Source: Paraspadella gotoi (Eukaryota; Animalia; Chaetognatha). Taken from it: a stretch of 64,000 bases of DNA. Position 1 is the first letter of the stretch. Every line of letters starts with the position of its first letter. The notes below the pieces were generated by a model that was given only the letters and a program-made list of their open reading frames with translations, did no database searches and was not told where the DNA came from. A program made the translations under genes and the position numbers. Shown piece after piece: positions 34,927 through 48,022 of this stretch. Where the stretch lies: assembly GCA_051294375.1 (NCBI GenBank), contig CM119264.1, positions 29,141,290 through 29,205,289 on the forward strand. Reading direction: 5' to 3'.

Positions 34927-35654
34927 GTCCGCCGAGCGCCTTCTCGCACCGCCAACCCCCGGATTTTAGAGAGGAGAGCGAACAGCACTTCTCTCTCTCT
35001 CCTCCTCCTTCCTCTTCTCTTCTCTATCTCTCTCTCCCTCTCTCTCTCACATCTCCTTCTTTGCTCCTCTTATTTTTTTTCATTAGGCCGGCTAAAGGTC
35101 AGTGTTTTAGTCGCACTTCTCAAAACGAACTAATGTCGCAATATTAGACCTTCAGCTTTTTTTGACGGGGTTTTCTTGTTTTCAAACTCGACGCGAGATG
35201 GCACCAGCGACATTTTTCGAGGGGCGATGACCTCCGTCTGTGATATCGTTTAAATCGGAGAGAGGAATCGGTGTAGTCGTAATTGAAGTTGGTACAGATG
35301 GTTGGAATGGTATAAATGGCATAGATGGAACAGATGGAACATATGGCGATTTTAAGAAGAATTTATTCTATAGGAAAAAAATGCCGGAAGAGAGAGCGGT
35401 TGGCGTAGATGACACAGATGACGTCTAGATCTTTGGATCTCGCTCTCTCGATCTCTCCCTCTCTCGCTCTCTATTGATCTTTCCCTCTCTTCCTCTCTCC
35501 CTCTCTCGATATATATCGCCCTGATGGAATAAAAAGTCTTTACGTCTGCCTTCGCAATGAACGACTCTTCTTATTTCCCAGAAAAACCCATGGGATTCAA
35601 ACGCTTTTTCGTTTATGCGGCAATTTACGTATACATAGTATAAATAATAATATG

Positions 35655-35727
<73 letters not shown>

Positions 35728-35842
35728 CTCTCTCTCTCTCTCTTCTCTTTATTTTCCGCTCGAAGGCCGACGTGAATGCCGTCCGCCGTCTCTCACTATT
35801 ACATAACGAGCTTCTTTCTCATTTATTTTTCTTCCCTCTTCT

Positions 35843-35906
<64 letters not shown>

Positions 35907-38900
35907 TCTCTCACTTACAAACGCAATTCAACACCTGCTATCTCTCCTTTAATTCTCTTCCTCCCTCTTCCTTCCTCTCTCTCCTTCCCTTCCTCTCTCT
36001 CTCCTTCGTTTCCCCCTCATCTGGCCCTCTCCCTTCCCTTCGTTCTCCTTTATTTTCTCTCATTACTTTAACCACTTTAACATTTTTTCCCATTTTCCTC
36101 CAGATCCGCGATTTATCCCCAGTTTTTATCTCAGCTTCTTCTTCTTCTTGATCCTCTTTTCTAAAAGCGAACCAATTTAACTTTAATTCAGAATTAAGTT
36201 TATTTAAGTTTAAATTTAAGTTTGTAGGGATAGGGTAGGAAGTTAGGAATTCAGGTTAGGTATTTGGTTAGAGTTTTAGTTAGAAAGATTATGGATTAAA
36301 TTAGGCATCAAGATTACGGTTATGGTTAGGGATTAGATTACGCTTTTGAAAAGAGTTTAAAAATAATGAATCTAAATGGAGAGCCTTCGGATAATAGTGC
36401 CATATTCCTCCTCCTCTTCTTCCTCCTCCTCCTCTTCCTCCTTCCCTCGATCGTGCTCATAGACAAAGGCCAAGAAATCTTGTGGCTTCAACTTCTATTC
36501 TCATTAAAAACTTGGAAGCCAAGAATCCTTATCTTTCTCCTTTCTCCTTCGTCGTCTCGTTCCATTCTTAAAATTGTTGTGTCTTCGTTTTCAGTTCCAT
36601 ATTTAATCTCGGCGGCTTACGAGTTAAGAGGCTGTTTTCGTCTCAGAATTATCATTTAAATTTATTTTGAAAGTTATTAACCGATAAGATAATCATATTT
36701 TTAAACGAAATTTTGGAGGTTTTTGGTTTTTGGTTTTTGGTCGTCATTTTTTTTTCAGGACAAAAATTACAACCAATTTTTAATTAAATAATTATTTCCT
36801 CATTCATTGAATCAAGCCGGCTTAATATCAATTATAATACATTTAACACGTTTTGAAACTAAAAGATTGAAATGGCTGCTATGAAAGCAATAGTTGTAAT
36901 AAGATGTAATAAACGCTTTTCTGTATTTATGTCTATAAGAGCTGCACTGGCTTTTGACTGCATTGGCTGCACCGACTGCAATGGTTTCATTGCCAGCGAT
37001 GGCTGCAATGGATCTAATTTCTCAAACTCGTTTCCATATCGTTGTCATCTTTCAAGAATCGCTTCCTCGCAATTTACTTTTCTACAAAATTCACATCAGA
37101 TAAAAAGAGAGAAAAACTTTTTTTTCTGTTTTTTACTTAAAAAAAAAATCAATGTTTCTTTTTTCATTTTTAATCTCACAATAAATGAGCTTTCAGTTTT
37201 TTTTTCTCACCACGTCACGTCTCTTCGGTTGGCGAAGTTCGATGGCGTGAAAATTTGAAATCATCGATTCACGCGACGAATCTGCAACATTTCACGTGAA
37301 TTTTATTCGCGGAAAAGAAAAAGTCAGAGAATCTTTCATATCAAATTTGATCGGATGATAATTTATCGAGTGAAGTCTTATTTCAAGTAATCTTGAAGCA
37401 TCAACATTTATAAAAACGGCGGGAACCTTAAGTCACAAAATATAATCATCAATTTTATAGTAGAAAACGGTGTTGTCTTAAACGCTTATTAAATTCCACA
37501 TCTATCTTTTCCTCTTCAAGCATTAAAGGGTCGACAAACTTCGACCCGGCGCTCCATCTTCCTCAAATGCAAGCCCAGCCAATCACCGAACTGCTTATTC
37601 ATCCTTAAATTATCACCCGATTTTTTCCCCAACCGCTAACCCAGCCCCATCAACTGCTTACCCAGCCCCCTCCAACTGCCTGTAGTCGGGGATAGGAATA
37701 TTTACACCAGGGCGTTAACCTGGAGGCCAATTTTAAAAATATAACATTGTGCCCTCCTTTGACCGTCTAAACATCAGTCGGGATCCAATGTTGTCCGGCC
37801 GGTCAACATTTTCACCACATTTTATTAGTCGATTTTTGGAGATAAATAAGAAAACGATTTTAGTCCTGTTTTTAGACTCAAGCCGAAACGTCTGCCTGTT
37901 TTGAATTCCGTTTTTACGTGTTTTCGTTGTGAAATACTATTAAAGTTTCTGGATCAAGACAAAAACGCCGTATTACTCGAATCCCAAGTTAAATCAGTCA
38001 GAAACTGGAGACGTTTGGATGCCGTCCCCGCTAGCGAGAAAAACATTTCACACGTTAGGCTTGCAATGTATTTTAAGAATAGACCTGTACAAAGATAGCA
38101 ATTGCGTGTTATTAACATACTAATGGCGACTAAACCTAAATGTTGAGCTACAAAAGACTTAGTGGTTGAAACCGACCCTTGTAATCCTAGCTGACTAAAG
38201 GATAATTCTCTCATAATTCTCTTTCTTACTAAGTATAGAAAAGTCATCTGTATTCACAAGAATATTGAAAATTATGATTAAGCTATTATGATAATTAAAT
38301 TATTAATTCTTTAGCTATTAATTGAACCATAAACAAACTCGCTCTCATTTGAAACGATACACAAATTAATCTGCTAATCTAGAAGAGTTTAAAAATAAAA
38401 AAGAGGTAGCACTTCTTAGTGCCTACCCTACCCAACCCTACCCTACCCTACCCTACATAACCTTACCCCTACCCCTACCCCGACTCCATCCGATCTTTAA
38501 CCCCGTCCATGAAATTAAATTTCGTCGCCGAGATTTTTTGGAAGCGAATCCGGGGTTTGACTGAGACTTGACCCGGTTCGACCCCCTTCACCTCTGACCC
38601 CCTTGAACCCCGGGACTAGATTAGAGGACCTGAGATCTCGTTACCGAAGACTTTCTCTTCCTCTCCTCTTTCTTTTCATTCTCGTAACCGGAGAAAATGG
38701 AAGGGAAGAGAAGGCAGATGATTTACGAGATATATGAAATGTTACAGCCAATATAAAAATTATTCATTCGGACTTTGGACAGGTTTTGTTGGTTCAAGGC
38801 CTCCATCACTCTTACAATGTAATGACATAGCAGGTCCCTGCAAACTTTCAATCAAGATTCTCTCACTGTCTCGTTTATTCACTCACAGAGTACCTGGCTT

Positions 38901-39499
38901 CCTTATCAATGAAGTGGTATAATGTTTCAAAATAAGTTTCAATTGTATTAGATTGGGGAATACTCTATTGTACTATATTGTACTATATTGTACTCCGCCC
39001 AGCATGTAGTTTTAAACCCTTCCATCGCCTTAAGATTAAATATAAGTTAATTTATTAAATTTCAAGGCTTAAATAAAAAGCAAATTAAGAATCAGTTCTT
39101 AATGTAGGATTTGATCTTTCTTCTTATTCACCAATTTCCAACCCGAAAGAGTTGATTCTCGTATAAATTTATATTAACTTTAAATTCTAATTAAAACAAA
39201 AACTAACGGTCACGAGCGGATAGCTATATTCAGTGAGTTATCGAGTTACATCTCATAGCGGCAAAAAGGCACTATTTTTTCTATCGCCTACTGGAACCTA
39301 CGTTGACTGACACATCAGCCAAAGATAACTATAATTCTGATGAAAGCCATGACACTTATTGGGAAAATCCAGTTCCAACAAAAATGGCACCAAGAGTAGA
39401 GAGCCTGCGTCATTTTGGCCAACTGCCCATGATTAATGCACGTGCTAAAATTGAAAGGACAACTCCGATTACTCCGTTAAACAAATCTGTAATGAGCTC

Positions 39500-39637
39500 C
39501 TCAAGCAACATATGCACCAACTAAATTGAGGAAGTATTTCCGAGCTTTAAGCTTTTTCAATGAAGTTGCGACCGACAGACAGACATGTATCGCCCGACTG
39601 AAAGGTGTCTTGTTGAGTTGCTCCGCGAGTTTTCGCC
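39500..39637 (-). mobile_element. Third, diverged copy of the same family (may extend left to ~39200)
   Basis: gaccgacagacagac followed by ttgagttgctccgcgagt, identical to the terminal motif at 47124-47141. Confidence 0.55.
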
Positions 39638-39902
39638 TCTCAATTAATAACATATTTTTCTAAGTCTGCTTTGGTTTCGATATAAGTCCTTCCAATTTCC
39701 TCGTTTCCATTCCTCGCGAATACGAAAAGAAAATTTCTTTGTTTTGGAGGAAAAAAGGAAAATAAAGCGAAGTAACAAAAAAGGAAAAAACACATTAATA
39801 AAAAGATAAAAATAAAAAAAAATAAAAAAAGGAAATAACAAATGATTCTGGAAAAAAAAAGGAGAAACTTCGTAGATCCGAAATTATTCCAGGTATTCAT
39901 CT

Positions 39903-39941
<39 letters not shown>

Positions 39942-39959
39942 CTTTTGTTGTTTACGTCT

Positions 39960-39999
<40 letters not shown>

Positions 40000-40377
40000 A
40001 ACCAAGGTCGATGCCAGGCGTCGACCATCAACTTGATTTTTTGTATTTCTCGATGTTTGGTCCTATATTCATCAAATCTTAATGTGTGAAACTGGAGAGA
40101 GAGCAAGAGACGAACAACCCTAGTTGTCCCGCTACCCGGCGAGTACAGTACATAACCAGCACAAGATGTCACCTCGACTGGGCCCTGCTGAGACGCGCCG
40201 AATGCGATCGGAGCTGAGCGTCCTGGGACAGCGAGAGTGCATGACCCAGTTGCGGAAGACGCGAGATCACGGGAAGGAAGTGCTCGTGGACGATCCATGC
40301 CAGACGTAACGAGAGACGAGACTAGAGAGAGAGAGAAGAAGAAGAGAGAGAGGAGAGAGAGAAGACGAGAGAGAGAG

Positions 40378-40460
<83 letters not shown>

Positions 40461-40702
40461 GAAAGAGAGACGAAAAGGAGAGAGAGAGGAGAGAGAGAGA
40501 GAGAGACAGGAGAGAGTTTAAAAAAAGAGAGAAAGAGAGAGAGACAGTCCTTTCCCAAAAAAGAAAAAGAATTGATGAAATAAAAGAGAAAATGAAAAAT
40601 GAATTTGGTCTCCGGAGCAAAACAATTCCGAATTTCGAAGCCGCAGAAAAACATAGAAATGAAAAAAAAAATAAACGTGAATGGAATCGTCTCTTCGATG
40701 GA

Positions 40703-40722
40703 ACCGTTACCATGGTAACGGT
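40703..40722. promoter_or_regulatory. Perfect palindromic RFX X-box
   Basis: accGTTACCATGGTAACggt, a 20-bp perfect palindrome matching the GTNRCCATGGYAAC consensus. Confidence 0.5.
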
Positions 40723-40810
40723 ATTTGTTTCGATACTGAATTTGAAACATTTCTCACACCGACGTTTTTTTTAATTTCGTAAACTTGACAACGATAAGAA
40801 CGACAACAAC

Positions 40811-40861
<51 letters not shown>

Positions 40862-40879
40862 AAAGATTCAACGTGGAAA

Positions 40880-41260
40880 TAGTTCTTTGCCCCGATCGGC
40901 GTTTGGTTCGACGCCAGGACGCAAGGGAATCGTCTGCTTAACCAAATGTATGCCGAGTTTTAGAGTCCGCGCCGCCGCCGCCGCCACCGCCGTCACCACC
41001 GCAGCAGCAGCTGCCCAAGGACGAAGGCACGCCTCCCCTGGATGGCGTCATCGTTTTCCGCTCATCCGTGACATCGTTTGACCGAGAAACGCCACGCGTG
41101 ACGTTCCCCTCTAACCGCCCCCCCCCTGCGCCACCCGGTGACGTTTCCTGTTTCGCGTCCGTTTGGACGTTTTTTGACGTCGCGAGGGTTTTTAGCCTTT
41201 TCACCTCGAGAGGGCGTGGAACGTTTCCATCATGGCGTTCTGAGACTCTCTCGGTGAGAA
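40880..41260. promoter_or_regulatory. GC/CpG-rich island with several TGACG (CRE half-site) motifs; candidate promoter
   Basis: High CpG density in an AT-rich background, a (GCC)n run, and motifs ggcgtca, cgtgacg, ggtgacg, ttgacgtc and GC-box-like ccgccccc. Confidence 0.35.
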
Positions 41261-41412
41261 ATCATTTTTTTTTCGGTCGTCAAAAGTCATTTTTATATGA
41301 AATTGGTACAACCAATACAAAATTATCTGGTCATTTAATAAAATAAATTTAAATGCTCAGCAGATTCCAAAACGAAAGTTTTTAGTATTTTTTACAACGA
41401 TTTTTATTACAG

Positions 41413-41456
41413 AGTATTGGACATGTTTCGACTCTTATTTTTCGAGTCCTCATCAT
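41413..41456 (-). ncRNA. Second, defective hammerhead motif on the opposite arm of the foldback
   Basis: Reverse complement reads aTGATGA-G-GACTC-gaaaaataa-GAGTC-GAAACATGTC. Stem II is perfect, but the conserved first C of CUGAUGA is replaced at the arm boundary. Confidence 0.55.
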
Positions 41457-41487
41457 AAAACTTTATGATTGTAAAAATTACAACTGT

Positions 41488-41537
41488 CAAATGCTGATGA
41501 AGACTTGAAAAACAAGAGTCGAAACATGTCCAATACT
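41488..41537 (+). ncRNA. Minimal type I hammerhead ribozyme motif (Penelope-like element class)
   Basis: CTGATGA (41494-41500), A, stem II GACTT/gaaaaacaa/GAGTC, GAAA (41521-41524), then palindromic ACATGT (overlapping the last A) and C, giving a GUC cleavage triplet ending at 41530. Stem I pairing is weak (atg/caa). Confidence 0.7.
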
Positions 41538-42581
41538 CGGTAATAAAAATTGTTGTAAAAAATACTAAAAACTTTTGTTTTCGAATCTGCTGAGCATTTT
41601 AATTTATTTTATTAAATGACTAGATAATTTTATATTGGTTGTACCAATTTCATATAAAAATGACTTTTGACGACCGAAAAAAAAAGATCTTATTGAACAA
41701 CGAAAAGAGAGAAAATTACACAAATTAAAATGCTATATATATCTTGCTATTTAAATATTGCTTTATTTTAGTTTTCGTTAAATAAAAACAAAAGTCTTAT
41801 TTTTGGTTTTACTGTTCCTCCATTTTTTTTTCTGCAGATTATATTATCATTTTTTATATTATACATTTTAGATGTTGGTAAAAAGGTTTTCCTTATCAAT
41901 TCGGTCGATAAAAGTTAATTAGATTATTAACTTCTCGCGTTTTTTTTTCAAAGCGAGTTAATTTCCTCGCTGCTGGCTTCGCCATTTTGTAAAACGCTTT
42001 GGCGATTCACTATGACTATAAAATTAAGCATTTTTTTAGCTAAAAATTTTTAAAATTATTTTTTTAATTTAAACTTAATCTTTTAAAATAGTAATTAGAA
42101 AATATATATTATTAAAAAACGATTTTTTATTAATAAAAATATTTTAAGTTTTAAATTAAATTTTGAATTCAAAAGGCATTTACTTGCTATATCACGACCA
42201 CTGATATCTCTTTCTTCTATCTCTTTTCCTTTTCTAGTATCGATTACTAAGCACTCCTTCTGTTACAAAGGCTGATCGTCCTGAGTTAATCCTGGATTAA
42301 TGGGTCTATAAATTTGTCTACTCGCTGCTGAACAGAGTTTATGTCCGACTAAATGGACCCAGAGTGAGTTAAACGTTCTGGAGTCCAGAGTCGGGCCACT
42401 TTTTTTCTCCCCCAACGAGTAATTGGCGAATTCCAAGTGTATAAAAGATTAGATTAATCTTGTTTTCTGCATCGTTATAATGATATTTTTCTTACTTTTT
42501 TCTGCTAAATATAAAAATCTCTCTCTCTCTCTCTTTCTCTCTCTCACTAGCTCTCTCTTTCTCTTTCTCTCTCTCACCCTC

Positions 42582-42687
<106 letters not shown>

Positions 42688-43843
42688 CATCAAACTCCCT
42701 CCAAAAAAGAGATCCGCCAGGGAAAGGTTCCTTCTGTTCCGACCTTTTTTTTTCCTCTTCCTCTTCTTCTTCTCATCGGAAAAACATTGTCTCTCTCCTC
42801 TTCCTCCTCATCCTTGGATCCCAGATGGGAATCGGAACCAATTAGTATCTTTGTGTTCTTAAGCTCACCCCCCACGCCCCCCCACTTCCCCCCTATCTTC
42901 CACCTTCGCCACCATCCCGACCTCACCACCTCCCACCTCAGTTTCTAACCTTCATCCGCCCCAAATCCATCCCGCATTAATTTTAACTTAATCGGCCACG
43001 TTTTCGAAAAGCGCCTGATTTCAGTGTAAAAGTTGAGGATTGAATAAGATTTAGGGATTTGGTTAGTGAATAAGGATTAGTGCTGAGTGTTAAGATATAT
43101 TATGATTAACTTACGGGATTTAGAACAAAATTGTGACGCAATCCGAAAATATTGCCAATCTATCTTATTTATCAATAAAACTCGTGTGATTGAATTTAAA
43201 AACGTTAGACGTTCAGTACGATGAAGAAAGTGACTTAGTGACTTTTCCCCTTTGGCTAAAAAAAAAACTTTTTTAGGTCATCGTAAGTTTGAGTGAGAAA
43301 TCACTTTTTGACTCTTTTCTTTTCGTGTGAAGATCACCAAATTCCGTCAGAGTGACTTAGTAAAATGTGACAAAGAAAAGTGAAGTAGAAGATATTCAGT
43401 TGTTGACAAGATTTGGTTGTATACGTAATTTTGTTATTTTATTGATTTGTTGTTGTTTTCTTGTTTTTTCAGTTGTTGTCGTTGTTGTTGTTGTTGTTGT
43501 TGTTGTTGTCAATTTTTCACTTCTATCAATCGTTTCAATCGTTGTCCTTTTTTTTTTAAAGTTGTGGTCGTTGCGTTTGTGGTTTAACCTCCTTGTGGTC
43601 TTTGTGGTTAAACAGTAAACACTAAACACTAAACAGTCTCGGCGAAGCAGAAAAACAAAGAAGAGATTAATTTCCTTTTATTTTCTTTCTCCTGATTTCA
43701 TCTTCGTCGAGTGACGTCCAGGCTGATCTTTCTGCTCCTTGGAATCTTAGCGCATGCGCAGAGGTTGCTAAGAAGGATGTAACAAAGTCTTATCGGTTTG
43801 AGGATGAACGGAGAGAGAGAGGAGAGAGAGGGAGGGAAGAGAA

Positions 43844-43876
<33 letters not shown>

Positions 43877-45400
43877 GAGAAGAGAGAGAGAGGAGGAGAG
43901 AGAGAGAGGAGGGAAGGAGAGAGAGAGAGAGAGACAATGGGGAGACGCATCTGTGAGGAAGAAGTCAAAACAAATGGCGGAGGAAACGATGTGAAAACTC
44001 GTTTGTGAAAAATGTCCGAAAGAAAAATGATTAAATTGAAGAAAAGTGAAAAGTGAAAAGTGATAAAAAAAAAGAAAGAAAATGATGCAGACAGCATCGT
44101 ACAGGAAACCGTACAGATAGATGATGCAGAGAGGATCGTACAGGAAACCGTACAGATAGACAAACGTTTGATCAAAATGTGTTTAGTTAAATCAAATATT
44201 TACAACTTAATAAAAGATTATGTACTTATATTTTGTTTCTTAAGAGCGGAAGAAATTTGGCATTTTTAATAAATAACACCGGTTCACAGTAAAAGCTGTT
44301 ACAAACCTTGAACTCTCTTTTATTAATTTGTATTGTTTTTCTACAAAGTTAAAGATACAATTTTTTGTAATAGAATATTTTTGTTCATTCTCCTTTACAA
44401 AATGTAATGAAAAAAGTTGTGATATGTAATAGTATGTAATAGTATGTTAGTGATATTAGTAACGTAGTGAGATGCAGCCATCAACAAAGCAAATAAAAAA
44501 CACAATCAACAACAACAGCAATGACGACGACAACGACGACGACAACGACTCAACGAGGAACCTGCGATTTAGTCGTCGTTCCTCTCCTGCAGAAGCCAAC
44601 GGAGGCAAGCAAAGAAGCAAGCAATCGGCGATGAGATGCTTTCCTCGGCAATAAAGGGGAACAGTTCCGATTAGGCGAAGGTTTTCTTCCTTCAGTCGAC
44701 ATGAAGATAAACTACGCGAAAAAAAAAACAAATAAAAATAAAAATAACAATTAAAATTGAAATTAGGGAGAGACGGAAGCCCGAGTCGTTAAAGAGCGTG
44801 TGAATTTATTTCCTTTTTTTACAGGGTGGTCCAGCTCTTTTCGGAAAAACAGTTGAAAACGCGTTTAGATAAAAAAAAAAAAAAAAACATGGCTCCTGCA
44901 TAACTGTCCACTTCCAGATCGCAAAACATTTTTCAATGGATGCTTGCAGAACGTCATCACCGCCGAGGGTTCATTTTTTTGACCTTGACAATTTTTACCT
45001 TTCGTACAAATTTTGATTCCAATGCAATATCATTTACTCATCCAATAATATTTGTTAATATTTTCCGAACAGAGCTGGACCTCCCTGTACCCGGTTCGTT
45101 TACTCGTCTACCTCAGTTTTTCTTTTCTCTTTTCTTTTATTTACTTATGCTTCCTTAATCTTTTCTAACAAAATTTCCTCTTAATTTATTTCCTATCTTC
45201 TTTTCCTTTTCCATTTTCTTTTCTTTTCTTTCTTCCTTCCATTTTCCTTTTTTTTATCTCTTCATCTTTTCAATCTTTTCTTTTTCCTTCATTCTTTTAA
45301 CTTCCCTCTCCATTACTGGCAAAAAAAAATCATCCTTTTGACACAACACAATAGGCTCACCTTCATTGTAAGTTCATCTTCAACCCACCTAGTAGTATAT

Positions 45401-45533
<133 letters not shown>

Positions 45534-46146
45534 TACTTATATATCTTTCCCGCTGCCTCTTTCTGTTTTTTTTCTCCCCGTGACTTTAATGACATCCAAG
45601 CAGAAAACCCATCAGGTCCACTACGATTCGAGAACGAGGAAGAAGAAGTAGAGGAAGAAGAGGAGGAGAAAGAGAGGAAGAGGAAGAAGGGGAGGAAGTG
45701 GGAGAAAAGGAGGAAGAAGAAGAAGGGTAAGAAGAGGAAGAGGAAGAAGCGAGGAAAAGGAAGAAGGGAAGAAAGAAGAATAAAAAGAAGGGGAAAAGAG
45801 GAAGAAGGGGAGAAAGAGGAAGAGGAAGAAGAAGCAGAGGAGGAAGAGGAAGAGAAAAAACAGTAAAAATAATAGATAAATAGTAGAAAATGAAAAGAAA
45901 GAAGGGTAAAAAGGTAGTTGAAAATAATAAAAAAAATAAATATACGGAGTGAGGAGAAAAGAAAGGAAAAAGTGAGTGAAGGTTTGGAGGGAGGAAGAAA
46001 AAAAAGGGAAAAGATGCGCATTGAGAAAAAGAAATAAGGAAAAGAGAAAATAAAAATAAAAAAAAGGAAAAAAGGAAAAAAAAAGGTTTCTCCGCGATTC
46101 TTTAAACATCTTCGAACGTCGTTATGGCCATTCAGAAGGCCAGAGT

Positions 46147-46253
<107 letters not shown>

Positions 46254-46764
46254 TTCCCCTTCCCCCGCGCTGCATTATCCCCGATCGTCAGCCTCCGCCC
46301 CACAGTTCGTTCTCCTCGTTACTTTTCAACATGGCGGCCGCTGCGGAGGATTCTGCGGCTGCAGCGGCGGCGGCTGCTGTGGCAGCAGGGATCTGCGTTG
46401 GTCAGAGTTAAGGGTTGTTGTTGTTGTCGTTCCCGTGAATTTTTTTGGTTGTCGTCGTTGTTTTTATGTCTTCGAAATCGTAAACCTTTTCAAAGTTCGC
46501 TAAACTATTTTTCCTGTTTATTAATTTCGCCTTTGCTAATATTAAAAATTTGTTCAAAACTTATAACCTTATTTCAATTGTAGATGTTTACAGGGGTATT
46601 GTCAGTCGTTATAAGAGCAGAATAGACAGATAGACAGATAAGCTGGTGAAGGCTTGAAAAAACAATTCTGAATAAAAGAAATTGTTGTTTGTAAACAATA
46701 TCTAGAATTTCCTCGGTCCTTTTAATGTCAAACACAACGAAGAGAGAAAGAAACAAAAACGGTA

Positions 46765-47161
46765 ATTCAAATGTGTTGCGTCTATTTCCCGGGACATGAC
46801 GTGACAAGACATGACGTGACGTGACATGACGTGACATAACATGACTACATGACTACAATAACTTTCTTAGCCCGTGTATTTATGACATGCACTTCATCTA
46901 TATTCCGAATTTTATTCTATTTTAGTTTTAGAATTTCCTGAAGGCGACGCTTGCAGTCATTTTGAGGCTTTTTCCTGTCTTAAAAAAAGAGCAACCAACT
47001 ATAGGGAAATTATATGGACTTTTAACGTAAGTGAGACAGACCGATGGACAGACATACTGACCGACGGACCGATGGATCGACAGACCGACCGACCGACCGA
47101 CAGACCGACCGAAAAGTGACTTATTGAGTTGCTCCGCGAGTACTCGCGGCGTAACTAAAAA
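46765..47161 (-). mobile_element. DINE-1/HINE-like non-autonomous element (Helentron-type), most complete copy
   Basis: Minus strand starts TTTTT, then hairpin agttacgccgcgagtactcgcggagcaact (perfect palindrome 47134-47149), then a (GGTC/TGTC)n tetranucleotide tract and internal (GTCAT/GTCAC)n repeats. Homologous to copies at 25690-26026 and ~39500-39637. Confidence 0.6.
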
Positions 47162-47968
47162 CAAACAGTCTACGAATCAGGATAATAAAACTCAAATTTT
47201 CTTCGTAGTCAGAACATTGCTTTTATTTTAATAAATAGGATTTTTAAAACGTATTTAATCATTTATTACCGACTGTGCCTTTTTAATAAAACCGTCGACG
47301 ATTTTAGAAATTAACATATTTAATCAAATTTCATTCGGTTTTTAATACGATTAATTTTTAAAGACCTCGAGACCTCGCGACCTCGTTTCCGATTTTCTAA
47401 TCAGCCGCATCAGCGTGGCATCAGCGGGAGCAGCGCCGCATTAACAACAGCCGCGGCGCAGGACGGCAATCAGCGCCGCAGTCGAGACCAACGCTTCTGC
47501 TCGCCTCGTTCTCAACTCCGGATTCGATCCCTGTTCAAAACCAGATTCAAATCTTTGGCTCCGCATTTTTTTTATCATGAGGCACCTCAAATTTCATCCT
47601 TTGGGCACCGCAAGCGCCTTCGTGAGCGCCGCATCGTCGACATCCAGTCTCTCTTCAAAGTCAAACTAAACCTTCCAAAGCTGAAGAAATCTATCGGAAC
47701 AGAAACTTGTTCCTCACCATCGCGTTATCACACTTTTCGCCATTCCCCCACGCCGCCCTTTTAATCCCCCCCCCTCCTTCCCCCCCTTTGTTCCCCCCTC
47801 CTAAATCAACACCCCCCCACTCCCCCCTCTTTTTATCGGTCGACGGCGTCGCTTTCGAGTTTCGCGATTGAAAAACAAAAAAGCAACGAAGACGAAGAAC
47901 GCGCCATCTTTAGTTTTTTTTTTCTTCTTCGGCTTTAAAAGCGTAAACAAAATCGTGGAGAGTAGAGT

Positions 47969-48022
<54 letters not shown>

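Larger units (their letters stand above)
41265..41685. mobile_element. Long inverted repeat (foldback); probable Penelope-like element pseudo-LTR remnant
   Basis: Arms 41265-41455 and 41495-41685 (~190 bp) are near-perfect reverse complements separated by ~39 bp. Each arm begins with a hammerhead-like motif followed by AATAAA. Confidence 0.75.

Noticed and set aside
35288-35350. Collagen-like G-X-Y peptide (GTDGWNGINGIDGTDG)
   Set aside because: Short 9-bp-period repeat with no splice context; a similar 9-bp repeat occurs at 36950-37012.
39336-39370. Other CTGATGA occurrences (39336, 12385, 17925) as hammerheads
   Set aside because: No stem II followed by GAAA at the proper distance.
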